From contig OZ024741.1 of assembly GCA_964016885.1 (NCBI GenBank), forward strand, positions 170,996,001 through 171,060,000: a DNA stretch of 64,000 nt. Reading direction: 5' to 3'. Positions 1-12,554 of this stretch are shown in pieces. Origin of the DNA: Eledone cirrhosa (taxonomy: Eukaryota). Position 1 is the stretch's first letter, and each line of letters begins with the position of its first letter. The translations under genes and the position numbers were made by a program. The notes beneath the pieces are model-generated. The model did no database searches, was not told the origin of the DNA, and saw only the letters and a program-made list of their open reading frames with translations.

Positions 1-1638
1 TATACTTGTTTTACCCTCACAACTCCAATTAAACCGAACGATATCATGACTGTATGTGTATGTTTATGTAAATGTATATGTGTGAATGTATGTATGTTTG
101 TGTGAAAGTATGTGTGAATGTATGTAAGTTTGTGAGAAAGTATGTATGTTTGTGTGAAAGTATGTGTGAATGTATGTATATTTGTGTGAAAGTATGTGTT
201 ATTGTGTTAATTATGTCCGTGAGACTGTATTTTATAAATTTGTGTTTGCGCGATTATAGTTATATACTCATTCATATAGATGTATGTATGTGCACAATCA
301 TACGCGTCAGCGTGTAGAAAGTCATAATCTCTCTATCTCTCTCACCACACACTCTCTCTCTTTCTATATATATGGTAGTTGAAGTAGTGCTAGTGGCGAC
401 GATATACCGGAAATGCAACTTTGAAAAGAAGTCAATTTGAAACTATTTATTTTTACTAAATTATTTTTGTATACGAAATTGAGTAGATAAATTATTTAAT
501 ATTGATTCATTATTTATTCAAAGTAATCCAACTTATTTTACAAACGGGAAAAAAAATAAACCGTGCACAATCAGGTAGACCTTCCTTTATTATAGTTTAG
601 ACATTCTTAATGTAATGACCTAAACAATTTCAACAACTTAAAAATACGCTCGAAGGAGAGAAAACGTAAATACGTTGAATGGGAAGCAAGTTCGAAATTT
701 GGAATTGAATAAGAGTGTGGGTATCTTTTGAAAGTATGATGACAACACTAGACATATTTGGTTCTTATTACACTTCCTTATGAAGGAAATATATTACTTT
801 TAACTTAGTCAACAATCTGTTCTAAAATATAGCATGTATATTGTTGTTGTTTTCATATTAATGCGTAAGATATAGAGCTGCGGGACCTATCATATTCACA
901 TGAACTTCAAGACTGGCGACGTACGTGTAAGTCAAAATGAGTCGGAATTGTCACTTATTGAAAGGACATCCTCAGGAAATCATGAGACTGATGAGAGTCT
1001 TCACGTAACATTACATAATCTCTACGAAGTCGCTCGAACAAAAACAGACGCTCCTTTAGGACAACTTCGCTTTCACGCAAGCGTGAATTTGTTAGCAGTG
1101 GGAAGATCGTTACAGGCTGGTAAATCTACTTTTTTCAGTTAGAAGAGTCTAGATTAGCAAGATTATGCAAGTGTTAGACTGATATTCATAACCGACTGCA
1201 TAAAAAAAGAAAATTCATATGAGCCAGATCACTGTATAATATTCTTTATATAATGCGCACGTAGCATCTCTGTGACAAAAAAAGAAAATGTTTAAATATG
1301 TCTATCTATCGATCAATCGATCTATCTATCTACACACACACACGCATATAAATATATACATATAAATATATGTATATATATTCTAGAATTAGTTTGAAGC
1401 AGAATCAGTGTTATGGTTATAAATACTTCTTATGGTGGTGATTTTCATCTAACGACACTCACATCCTCAATTTGTTAACTTAGAAACTGTCAATTGTAAA
1501 GAAATATCAACATCGACCTAATACAATCTAACCGCATCGTTGATGAATACACGAATACACGAATACACGAAACTAGAGATCACACGGTTCTTGGAGAAAT
1601 ATCATTTTTTTTAATTAGCATTGTACACGCTCTGTTTT

Positions 1639-1825
1639 GGTGGTGGATTGGCAGTATCGGTAGAGGGTCGGACGCCATGGTTTGACGCTTAGAGTTACGG
1701 CCCTTGCCAATCTGAGTTCAAATCCCGCCGAGGTCAACTTTCCCTTTCATCCTTACGGGGTCGATAAAATAAAGTACCTGTAATGCATTGGGTAATTGCT
1801 GGCCTTGCGCCCAAAGTAGAAACAA
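1639..1825 (+). mobile_element. tRNA-derived SINE, family S1 (octopus OR-like, Meta-like central domain)
   Basis: A-box-like TGGCAGTATCGG, B-box GAGTTCAAATCCC, central CCTTTCATCCTTACGGGGTCGATAAAATAAAGTACC, 3' end AGTAGAAACAA; at least 8 homologous copies in this window. Confidence 0.85.
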
Positions 1826-1912
1826 CTGTTTATCTACATCATGCGTCTGTGTTATGATACGGTCTACGAAACTTAAAGAGAGAAATATTCAGCACAACGT
1901 CACATCTACCAA

Positions 1913-1945
<33 letters not shown>

Positions 1946-2008
1946 AACGGAAAAAATGAAACGAAATTTCATTTCCCTCTCTTAGTACGGCTGTTACTTA
2001 TATCATCA

Positions 2009-2097
<89 letters not shown>

Positions 2098-2239
2098 ATA
2101 TTCATGATGGGTGCAAACTCTGCTAAGAGTATTGCAATCGCTTGTCAGATTATAGAAACTGGTTCACTTTTAGGCTACGGCCAGCCACACGAACCTGTAA
2201 CAGATCCTGAACAAGCAATGCCTGTTCTTTGAAGGTTTT

Positions 2240-2620
2240 TTAAGTGGGTAAAGGCCTTGCTCTCGACCAATTACACTCTCTGAGCATCGAAACACTACCC
2301 GAAAGGCAGAACTGGTCAACATCATCGGATGTTTCTGAAGCCACAGGTTTTTTTTTCAGAGTTTACCTCTCCTAGAAAGGTGTTGTGACAACAACTGGGG
2401 GACTTTCACTCCCAGAAAAAAATAGTACTAGTACTATTTGGACGGCCGCTGACTCTGCTGAGTTCCTCCCGCCATTGCCGGGTTTTGTATTTAACCCGCA
2501 AGATGTCCAAATATTACCTACCTCACCAAGCAAGATTGGTTGGGGTAGCCGGTTTAATCACCAACGACCCGACCTTGAGACAGGTTGTACTGGGTTACAT
2601 TTTATCTGTAGCACTCGAGA
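2240..2620 (-). mobile_element. degenerate dispersed repeat, probably an RTE-type LINE 5' UTR remnant
   Basis: Homologous to 49885-50040 (CACTCTCTGAGC...CAACATCATCGG...GCCACAGGTTTT...CTCCTAGAA); the minus strand reads TCTAGGAGAGGTAAACTCTGA, resembling RTE 5' UTRs. Confidence 0.4.
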
Positions 2621-2771
2621 GCGACCTGACATACATATTCATGCATACATACACACTCACGCACAAAATAACACGCACACACCCTCTCGCTCTCACACAC
2701 ACATATATGTAAAAGTTAAACAGAATTAACAACACAATCGTTACAGTATATGGAATGAATATATTAGAGGG

Positions 2772-2806
2772 TCTTAACGTTTCGGACGATAGTCCTTCAT
2801 GAGAAG
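2772..2806 (-). ncRNA. minimal type I hammerhead-ribozyme-like motif (Penelope-type), one core mutation
   Basis: Minus strand TCTT-CTCATGA-A-GGAC-TATC-GTCC-GAAAC-GTTA-AGA; core CTCATGA versus consensus CTGANGA. Confidence 0.55.
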
Positions 2807-3084
2807 AAAGAATGAGAAATGAGGTAGATAGAAGGGACGGGTGGGTTGGAATTGGAAAAAATGTTTTTAGATACTAGGGTGAGAGGGAAAAATAGACGGG
2901 TGAGATGAAGAAGGTGGTATAAAAAGATTATAGTAGAGGAAAAGTGATACAGAGTTGTGGTATATTTAAATACAAGATTTCCTGTTGGAAGTTCAGGTAC
3001 ACTCCGGGTTGATATCCGGATTCGATTCACGTAAGCGTTGATATATATACATATTATATATATATATATTAACCTTTTACATAC

Positions 3085-3118
<34 letters not shown>

Positions 3119-3138
3119 GTATACATATATATGTGTGA

Positions 3139-3258
3139 AGGCGTATGGCTGAGTTGGTTAGCGAATTGGGTTCACAATCGTGAGGTTATGAGTTCGATTC
3201 CCGGATCGAGTGATGCGTTATGTCCTTGAGCAAGACACTTTATTTCACATTGCTCCTT
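3139..3258 (+). mobile_element. tRNA-derived SINE, family S2 (partial)
   Basis: TGGCTGAGTTGG A-box, GAGTTCGATTCCC B-box, TGTCCTTGAGCAAGACACTT domain; homologs at 25595-25850 and 46891-47165. Confidence 0.75.
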
Positions 3259-3386
3259 CTACCTGGAGTTGCGACCGATAGATAGTATCAGCAATTGGAA
3301 AGACCAATGGAAACATTGTTTCCTTGGTCCGATTTGACGAAAGTCGATCGAAAGGAGGGGAGGGACATATATATATATATATATAT

Positions 3387-3521
3387 ATGTTGAACCAACT
3401 CGAACGATAGGAATTTTCTCATTTGTTTGCTTCTTGAGATTTCAACATCCCTTAAAGGTGTTTAAGTTTTGGAATTTCTTGGAGAGATATTTTCGTCATT
3501 TTTAAACTTCCAAACTTTACT

Positions 3522-3564
<43 letters not shown>

Positions 3565-3703
3565 GTATGTGTGTGTAATACTGTACCGATTGTGTTGTTA
3601 TTTCTGTTAACCTTTTACATACATATATATACCTTTAAGGGATGTTGAATTCTCAAGAAGCAAACAAATGAGAAAATTCCTATCGTTCGAGTTGGTTCAA
3701 CAT
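3387..3703. repeat. inverted repeat with arms of about 73 bp (3387-3459 / 3631-3703), MITE-like
   Basis: ATGTTGAACCAACTCGAACGATAGG...CCCTTAAAGGT and its reverse complement with one mismatch; microsatellite-containing spacer. Confidence 0.9.
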
Positions 3704-4267
3704 TTTGGTAACATTTCCAGACAATGCTGTAAAAGAAGATTTTTTTCTCTATGCGAAAAGTCGTTGATTTTCTGATGCATACGAATATGTAATCCCTGGA
3801 GCCATGTTGCGACCAACATCATGCTCAAACCTCAGTCTTACGGCCGGCTGTTGACCCTGGTCACGTGGTGATTGAACAAAATTTGAAAAATAACCCACAA
3901 CGTAAACAGATTGATAACAAAAAAGCAAATCCTTCGACGCTCTCACAGTTGCACTAATCCACTCTTCTTGAATGTGTTATATGTTTAGAAATTCTGAAAA
4001 GATAAAAAGCAAACATGGCGTCAATAGGATCTGAACCTACAACATAGAGAGACAAATTCAATGCCACACGATAATTAACCCACCTATTCTAAGATGCTGT
4101 AAATATGATATGTGCTTTTTATCATTGATGGACTAACGTACATGAGGATAATATGATTTTACTGAAAAATCCTTTTAGAACCATGTGATTCCTCGTTCAA
4201 TCGCTGTACTGCAATTTGAGAAAATATGTGCCGCTTTATGAATTTAGTAGTAGTTTGTATATTCATG

Positions 4268-4298
4268 CACACACACGCTCTCTCTCTCTCCCTCTATC

Positions 4299-4365
<67 letters not shown>

Positions 4366-4412
4366 TATATATATGTATATATGTATATATATATACATAT
4401 ATATATCTATGC

Positions 4413-4456
<44 letters not shown>
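4268..4456. repeat. compound (CT)n/(CA)n/(TA)n microsatellite
   Basis: Direct reading of the sequence. Confidence 0.95.
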
Positions 4457-4740
4457 TGTTATACTTGGGGATTAATAACAGAACACACTCACTGTTTGGT
4501 TGGTTTTCGCTTCTCGCTGTCTTTTATATCTGCGATCTAACTTACTCGGTCCTCAATGTTGCTATTGACTGACCGACGGTCAAAAATAATACAGATACAA
4601 TATAGACACAAACACATATATATAGTTTACATAATTTACATAAATCTTTCGTTGCACATCTGCAACATCCCCAAGTATAACAATATCTGTTTCGACACAC
4701 GATTTCATATAAAAAACCTCGCTAAACTAATTCATCGCCG

Positions 4741-4807
<67 letters not shown>

Positions 4808-4814
4808 TATATCC

Positions 4815-5395
4815 AGGGGGGTGTAACTTGGAGTTACTGCAGGTTCACCCGGGAGAGCATTCGATGTTTAGGTTCACTTCTGTGATGAGGTGTAGAGCTA
4901 TACAGAGTGTAATATATTGAAAGGATAACAAGTACGATTGATTACTCCTTCATTGCATTTATTGATAGGTGACGCGTGTTTCGCCACTGATCAGCTCAAG
5001 GTTCGATCTGTATCGATCCTACCCGACTCAATAATCGGCGGCTCGACGGACCCTTTTAAAATGCTATAAGAAAATGAAATACATGCTATGTGGTAAAGTC
5101 AGAGTTTCAAGAGTTTGACAAAATGAGTTGTTTTGATTGGTGGGAAGGATCAAGGGGATGTACCGGCCTGTAGTGTATTTGGGGGTGGATGTGATGGTGA
5201 GATGTTAGTGACGGTCGGTGGATGTGATGGGCTGTGGTGTGGTGGTGGCGGGTTCGCCTTGGCCTGTAGTGTATGTGGGGGTGGATGTGATGATAAGATG
5301 GTGGTTATGGTCGCTTACTGGGATGGGCTGTGGTGTGAGGTTAGTGGGTTGTCGGTAGACGGGTTGGCGTGTGTGGAGGTGTGGTTTGATATCTA
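4815..5395 (-). mobile_element. probable Penelope-like terminal remnant with a degenerate hammerhead motif (4967-5053) and a tandem repeat of about 96 bp (5165-5356)
   Basis: Minus strand GGT-CCGTCGA-long stem-GAAAC-ACGC-GTC-ACC; GGCCTGTAGTGTA...GGGCTGTGGTGTG occurs twice; starts beside a (TA)n tract. Confidence 0.45.
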
Positions 5396-5494
5396 GAAAT
5401 AATAGTTAAATACATTTAATTCTTTTGATCTAACTTGATCCAAGTCCTACTGAAACACGTTGTCCAGCGACAAAATTAATACTAATTATTATTA

Positions 5495-6975
5495 TTTCCT
5501 TATTGGCAACTAGAAATAAAACATAAAGGACAATACAAAAACACTGGAGATTAAAATAAAACACGCTATAAAAGAAAACAGATAACAGTTAACAACAAAT
5601 TGATAACAATAACATTTCCCAATAGCAGGAAGTTCTACCCAAGGGTAATTTAGGAATCCTACAGATACTAAAACGTCATTATCGCCTAAAGCACCATGGA
5701 GGAGCGACCCTCTCTACTTTAAATACTCTAGCGTAGAGGTGCATGCTCAGAATAAGCCCTCTAACTCAGGGCATCAGCGATAAATGCATCCACCTTTTAA
5801 CAAATGTACTGGGGTGAGGATAGCACTTTCGGTTCCACCTTCAACTTCATTTGAAAGAGGAACTTAAAGCATTTGCCGAGCGTTTGGTCGAAGAAGAATG
5901 TATCTATCTTCAGCCTTTTCGTCCACCAAACAACATCTTTCGCTACAGCTAGAGGGAAATTGCCCTTCTCGGCCAAATAAGGCGGTAGGACGTTCTTAAC
6001 GATGGAGTCAATTGATAGTCCGATCCATCCTATGCACGAAATAAATGTACGACAGAACACAACTCAGCAATAACCGGGTTTTGGACGAGTGCGTGAAGAA
6101 AGGATTCTTCGCTCTGTGCGTATCTTGAACCGGCAGTGTTCTCCGGTAGCACTACCAGATCAGTAATTTCTGGTAATTGTCCATAGACTCCGGATTGAAG
6201 GTTCTCCGGAACAGAGTGGCTAGTTCATTCTCGTTGATGCCTAGAAACTCTCAGAGAGCATCGTTGCATTTCCCCACCACTAATCAACTATAGAACTCTA
6301 GCATTTAGTTTCCACTGATTGGCAGAGGGCTGTGAGCGCCTGACAATATTCCAAATATCAGGCACACTGTCTAGGTTTTCAGTTAACCCACAACTGAAAT
6401 TCAGTCAAAGAGATGAGCTGCGGAAAGACATACCTGACAAAGAGCTACCACAACTGTTCAACACTTTGGAATATTAGGAGATGTCGTAGCTTCAGAGTAT
6501 GTCTTGGCAGTATCAGCTACGGCATGTCGAGGCCTCAGCAAAAAGAGTGTAGGCAGTAGATGGACCGTCTCACCAGTGAAAACTGTCTCTTCCACAAGAA
6601 GCTGAAAAGCAGACGCTCCAATTTAGTGAGGTGCAGATAGGGCCAAGGAAAGACCGTCAGGTGGTAAATGATGAATGACGTGATGTACATATTCGGTTAC
6701 CCCTCTCCAACCTTTCAGGGATAGCGTCTTCTCTGCCATTTCTGTGTAAGAGTGACCACCCTACGCCTAGGTTCGTTCTAGTTTTTATCCACCCGGAGGT
6801 CTGGACCAAACAAGACCCCGAGTAACTTTACTGGTCCATCTGTCTGGTGTCACACGACGCTGTTGGATGGCATAGATTTGCCTCTCCACGTGCAGAGCTG
6901 CAAATCAACCGACTTTTCCGCGATGATCTTTGCTCCCATCAACGTTTTATATTCCTCCAAGATGTTACAGACCAC
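5495..6975 (-). mobile_element. old degenerate Tx1/L1-type LINE, 3' part of ORF2 plus 3' UTR
   Basis: Fragment 5797-6060 (AKDVVWWTKRLK...FKFLFQMKLKVE..VLSS) is homologous to the ORF2 C-terminus of the neighbouring Tx1 copies; DGPVKLLGVLFGPDL motif near 6800-6840. Confidence 0.8.
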
Positions 6976-7411
6976 CTCAGTTTTCGAGGTATTCGACACC
7001 CTTTAGAATCTAAAAATAACGGGGAAAAGATCAAGTCCCTTGGAACTTGATTGGTTTAGCTATATAAATAAACAAAAAATCAAAAGAAAAACGCTTCAAA
7101 AAAGGTCGAAATTTAACAAAGAGCGTGCTGTACAACCTAGAAACAACAAAAACAACAACATCAAGAAAAAAGCCTTTATGTTTATTTGTTATTATAGTGA
7201 TCGTAACTACGAACACGTTTGTCGTTTTTGTTGAAGAAACAAATATTAGTCGAATCTAAGAAGAAAAGATCTTTGTACTATTCAGATTACAGACTTTTTT
7301 TTATTTTTAATGGGAAACTTTTGATTATCATTCCTTGTTTTCCTTTTTTCTGGCCTTTTTTTTTATTCCTTCGTTTAATATACGTCAGTAGAAAAGATAA
7401 AAGTAGTAGGC

Positions 7412-7412
<1 letters not shown>

Positions 7413-7457
<45 letters not shown>
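7413..7457. repeat. (AAT)n microsatellite at the 3' end of Tx1 copy A1
   Basis: About 15 perfect AAT units abutting the element terminus. Confidence 0.95.
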
Positions 7458-7459
<2 letters not shown>

Positions 7460-7703
7460 TTTTCTTTATTAACCACAAGGGTTTACATAAAGTAGACATT
7501 AAGGACAGTACAGGACAATACAGGACGGTACAAATGGGCATTTCTGCGTGTAAAAATAAACAGAGGATGAAATAAAATAACAAAGAAAAATTCCCCAATA
7601 GGGAGGAGACTTCCGAGGGACATTTGTGGAGAAAGCCCATTAAAAGACCACAGTGGCCCTGACCACCAGGGCAAGTGCCCTCTCCCAGTTTTCCACCTTT
7701 AAT

Positions 7704-10387
7704 TTACAGACACATACTCAGAAAAGGCCCATTCATTCGGGCCATACTTACTTCTCTCACCCATCTTTCAACAAAATGCTGGGAAGAGAGCACTTCCCTC
7801 TCTACCTTGATTTTCCTTTTCAGATGAAATTTGAAAAAGTTAATCAGGGCATCACCGAAGAGGTAAGTGCTCGTCTTCAGCCCTTTCAAACGTGTCCACC
7901 ATACTATCTCTTTCGCCATGGCCACCAGACAGATAAAAACTGCCTGCCCTTCCCGGCTAAAGGAAGAGGGCGGGGCAATCCTCACGATGGACTCAGCTGA
8001 TAGCTGGATCCGTCCTACACGTGACAGCAGGTGTTCGACATAAACCCACAAGTCAGCAATGCTCGGACACTGGACGAGTGCGTGCAGGACGGTTTCGTCG
8101 CCCTGTGCGCATCTCGGACATGCCCGGCTGACGGCACCTCCATGCCTGTAAAGTTTATCCCGAACTGGCAAGGCTCCTCGGTAGCACTGCCAGGCCAGGG
8201 ATTTCTGGAAGTTGTCCATAGACCCCCGCCCGAAAGTTCTTCCGAAGAGATTGGCTAGTTGATTTTCGTCGACGCCCAGATTTTCCCCTAGTACGTCGTC
8301 GCTCTTCCCCTCCACTAATCCTTTATAGAACGCCGAGGTGGAGTTTCCACCGATCACATTGCCCGATTGGTCGAGGGCTGTGAGCGCCTGAAGACATTCC
8401 ATTCTCCAAGCGCTCCCTCTCGGTCTTCGCTTGACCCAGCCCTCCACGTAGCGGGTGTTGATAACAGATGGACCCCCTGACCATCGGAGCGCGTCCCTTC
8501 CACGAAAAGCGAAAGAGCAAACGCTCCAGCGCAGTCAGACGGGGCTTAGGACAAGATACGGCGGTATCAGATGACAGACGCGATGTACCTGTTAGCCACC
8601 TCCGCTCGACCTTTCAGGGATAGCTTCCTCCCCGCCCATTTCTGGGTGAGAGAAGCCACCCTGCTCGTCACCTCGTCCCAGTTTTTGTCCGTCTGGAGGT
8701 CCGGACCGAACCAGACCCCTAGTAATTAACCGGTCCGTCCGTCCAGCGTCCGACGACGCTGTTGGAGGGCATGGACCTGCCTCTCCAGGTGCCGAGCTGC
8801 AGGCCCACTGACTTTTCGTGATTGATCATTGCTCCTGTCACCGCTTCGTATTCTCTTAGTGTAGTGCCGATCGCCTCGATGTGTTTGGCGTTCGACACCA
8901 CTAAGGTGACATCGTCCGCATATGCTGACACGGATCTTCCGCATCCTAGTTCGCACGGAACGCCCCTCAACGTCCCCAGTTTGTGCAGTAATGACTCGAG
9001 AGTCAATACGTACAAGAGGGACGGGAGGGGACATCCTTGGCGGACCGAGCGCATGATGTTGAACGGTTCCAAAAGGTGACCGTTCACTCTCACCACAGAG
9101 CAGATATCGCTGTGCATGGCAGCGATCCAGCCTCTGAAGACGGGCCCAAAGCCAGCCGACCTCAGGACTGCCGCTAGGTAACGATGGTCGACCCTATCGA
9201 AAGCTTTCGACTGATCTAAATTGATCAAGGACCCACCCGTACCAGGTTTCCTAGCTACACTCTCTACGATGTATCGCATGAGGTGGAGGTTGTCGGGCCC
9301 ATTGAACGGCTTTCGCCCCCTTGTGTCTGAGAGCACGCATCCTAGCTCTGACAACGCAGCCTTCGTGCTTTGCATTGAAGAATTGGTCCAGGGCCAATTT
9401 CGCCACAAGTACGTCGGTCGCGATGCCTTTGCTAAGCGCCTCGTCTAATTTTCTAACTAGTTCTCCGTCTGCTCTATTTTTCTCTATAGCTAAAGCCTTA
9501 CTAAACCTAATGGACTCTATTCTAATCGCTCTTTTCAGAGCAAACCACCACTTGTTGTTGACGATGGCCCCCGTCAACGCTCGCTTAACTAGTTCGCTAA
9601 TCCGGTCTCTGTAGGCCTTGCGCGCTGGTAAGGACGCGTATAGCTTCCAGTAGCCGGGTCCTCGTCTATAAAGCCTATCTAAGTCAAGCATACAGATCAC
9701 GAATTTGTGGTCCGTGTAGCTGACTATCTTGAATTGTGGACAGCTTATGCTAGACCTATCTATTTCCCTCCAAAATACTCTATCTAGATATGATCTGGAT
9801 GACCCGATGCGATTTGACCAAGTACACATTGGCACATTCGGGAAATTCAATCGGTACCTGTCAGACAGTTCAAAACGCCTGAGCAGGTTGGTGAGGTTGT
9901 TGCAGCCTCCTCCCCTATCCGCTAATCCCACACAGTCCCAGCGTGCATCTAAGATCCCGTTCCAGTCGCCCACTAGCACTAAAGAGCGGGACGTTCCTAG
10001 AAAGGTCTCCAGACGCCGGAAAAAATCAGGCCGCCCTGCTCCTGTCGGGGCATAGACGGCCACTAGCCTGAAAGCTTGCCCTTATCCACTGGTCAAGTCC
10101 AGCACCACCAAATTACCTTCTGGGTCCAGGAAGAGGGCCCGTATGGCGAGATCCAAACCTCTCCGAAAAAGCACAACAACTCCTACTCCCGATCCAGGAC
10201 GGCTGGGAGATGCGTACACATCGTAGCCGCCGAAGATCGGTGCGAAGGCCCGTGGTTCGGAGGTTCTGGTCTTGCTGATGGCCACTACATCTATGTTTAG
10301 TGACATGAGGTCGTTGAGCAGGTGGCCCTGCTTCCATGACGACCCCAAGCCACGCGCATTTATGCTGCCTATTCTGATTGAGGTCAT
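7704..10387 (-). pseudogene. disrupted ORF2 (APE endonuclease + reverse transcriptase + zinc finger) of Tx1 copy A1
   Basis: ORF pieces 10082-10387, 9251-10063, 8719-9408 and 7704-8447, separated by stops and frameshifts. Confidence 0.9.
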
Positions 10388-10421
10388 GTTGAAATGGAGT
10401 GGAAAAGATGGGAAAGACCAC

Positions 10422-12045
10422 TTACCTTACTTCTTCTCGCAGAGGAAGGATGGTTTCTCCATCCCTTTTCACTTGATCGTCTGGTGAAGGGACAGTTGAA
10501 TCGCCCCTTCGGCTGGCCGTCGGCTCTTCTGTGAGTATATCCGAATATACCGTCCGGTTGAGTGTCTCTCCTAGGTCTCTGAAATCACCAACTGCGTTGG
10601 GGAATTTCGTTTTAATGTTTGTGTATTGTTTCTGTGCTATTTTTACCAGTCTTATGTTCGTTGGTGTTTTGATTGGTGCATGGAATGTAGTCGTGCTGTG
10701 AAATGTATGTGTGTCCAATTATGTAAGTCATTATTTCTTGTTGTGTGTATTTATTGTTGTCCATTTGTTTTCCTGGGGTTGGGGGGTGGTTCTGCTCTTT
10801 TCTTGTCGTTGTTGCTGGGTGTGTGTATTTTGTTGTGTTTGCGATGTTGGTGCTTGTGGTGGTGGTGTTGAAGGTGTTGTTGTTGTTGGCGGTGGGGTTG
10901 CCGCCGGTGGTGATGGTGGTGCTAGTGTGGATGGTGATGATGTTGGTGGTGTTGCTGCTGTAAATCTTTTTGCAGTAGCCTTTACCATTTTTTCGTTTCT
11001 TTCCCCCCTTTTCGAAGGCGACGATGCGCTGCTTCTGCGTTTGTGCCTTCTTGAGACCTTTTCCCATCCCTCTCCCACCTCATACTCCATGTCCGATTCT
11101 GTGAGGTCGGGGAGGGGTACTAGCTCCACTCTTTCACTTGTTGTTGTTGGTGATGGTTGCAGTGGTGTCTCTGTTGCAGCTGCAGTTGCTATTGCTGTTG
11201 TTGTTAATACTTCCACTGCTGCTGCTGTTCTTGATTTCCGTGGCGTGGGTATGGGTGCCACGGACCTATCCTTCCTGATTGCCGCCTGTCCTGTTGCTGG
11301 TAGCAGTGGAGCCGATTTCGGAAGGAGGGGGGTTTTCTCCTTTCTCAGGGTGTTCTCATTGCAGAAGGCCCTGAGGTGAGTCTTCGATCCACAGCAAAAG
11401 CATTTCTAGCGTTTGCCCTCAACACTTATGGGCAGTTGAGTGCCGTTATCGAAGTCTATCACATCCGGGATAGATTCGATGCACTCCTGGTTGATTTGGA
11501 TTAACATCTCAATGGAGGTGCCGACCCAATCTTCTCTTACTTTTTTCTGTACTTGCAGTACAGTTGTTTTGTCCTCGATTCCGACGATGACAGACACGGC
11601 CAGCCAAGAAGGGGCCATCCCGGGGGGGACGTGGGTCAGTTTGACGCTCACAATGTTTTGCCCGCAGTAGGAGGGCACCAACACCATTTCTTCGCTCCTT
11701 AGGGTCATTAAGGATTGAGCCTTTGCCTCCTGGGGTGTGGCAAAAGTACGTCTACGGTGGCATATTTCTTTTGGTCGGGTGATATGCGTTTTCCGCTTCC
11801 ACACAGACCCTAAGGCTTTTTGTATTTGAGCCTCTGTGGCCCTTTCAACCCTACGGGATTTTGTGCTTAATGTACGGTACGTGACCATACAGTGCTGTAG
11901 GGTTTCGAAAAAATTTTCGGCTGCCTTGCAGATTGTTCGGTGTTCGGTTTTTCGTCACCATTTTCTTTGCTTCCTGTAATTCCTCATTTTTATAAGGATG
12001 GTTTCCAGGTTCTTTGCGATACCTGCAAACGAGATTGGTTTTTCT

Positions 12046-12079
<34 letters not shown>

Positions 12080-12160
12080 CGTCAGAGCTGCTGTTACTTT
12101 TGTTGTTGCTGCAGGTACTACGACTACTGCCGCGGCCGCTGTTGCTGTGGTTGTTGTTGT

Positions 12161-12191
<31 letters not shown>

Positions 12192-12554
12192 AATGATGTT
12201 GTTGTTTATGCTGCTGCTGATGCTGTTGCGGCTGCTACTGTTGTTTTCATTGTCACTGTTGCTGTTGTTATTACGGCTGCTACTGCTTTTATTCCCGACG
12301 TCAGACGAATGAAATGGGTTTTCGTATTTCTCGCACACCTTTTTCGTCGTTGTCGTCGTCGTCGTGGAGAAATCTTGCTCGCTTTGCACGTGATTTTTCT
12401 TTTCTGGCGTCGCTTGCGAAAGAAAAGGGAGGGAGAGAGACACATTTAGAGAAGGGAGGGAGAGAGACAATCTTCTCTCTGCTGTAGTGACGATTGAGGA
12501 AGAAGAAGACGGAATGAGTGGGAGTGACCTATGAAAATTCTCTTTCGTAGCCAC
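10422..12554 (-). pseudogene. disrupted ORF1 (S/N low-complexity N-terminus, globular domain, CCHC knuckle, P/T-rich tail) of Tx1 copy A1
   Basis: ORF pieces 11955-12584, 11406-11888, 10731-11261 and 10422-10718; the start codon is GTG where copy A2 has ATG. Confidence 0.75.

Noticed and set aside
900-1142. 80-aa non-repetitive ORF
   Set aside because: No recognisable motif, and the length is within chance expectation.
1639-1735. tRNA genes at A/B-box-containing sequences
   Set aside because: There is no full cloverleaf, and the sequences continue into SINE body and tail.
72-4885. Many short ORFs rich in YI, HT, CV or LS dipeptides here and throughout the window
   Set aside because: These are translations of (TA)n, (CA)n and (CT)n microsatellites, not genes.
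10626-12449. Plus-strand Val/Leu/Ala-rich ORFs resembling membrane proteins (also 31467-33247)
   Set aside because: They are antisense frames of the low-complexity Tx1 ORF1.
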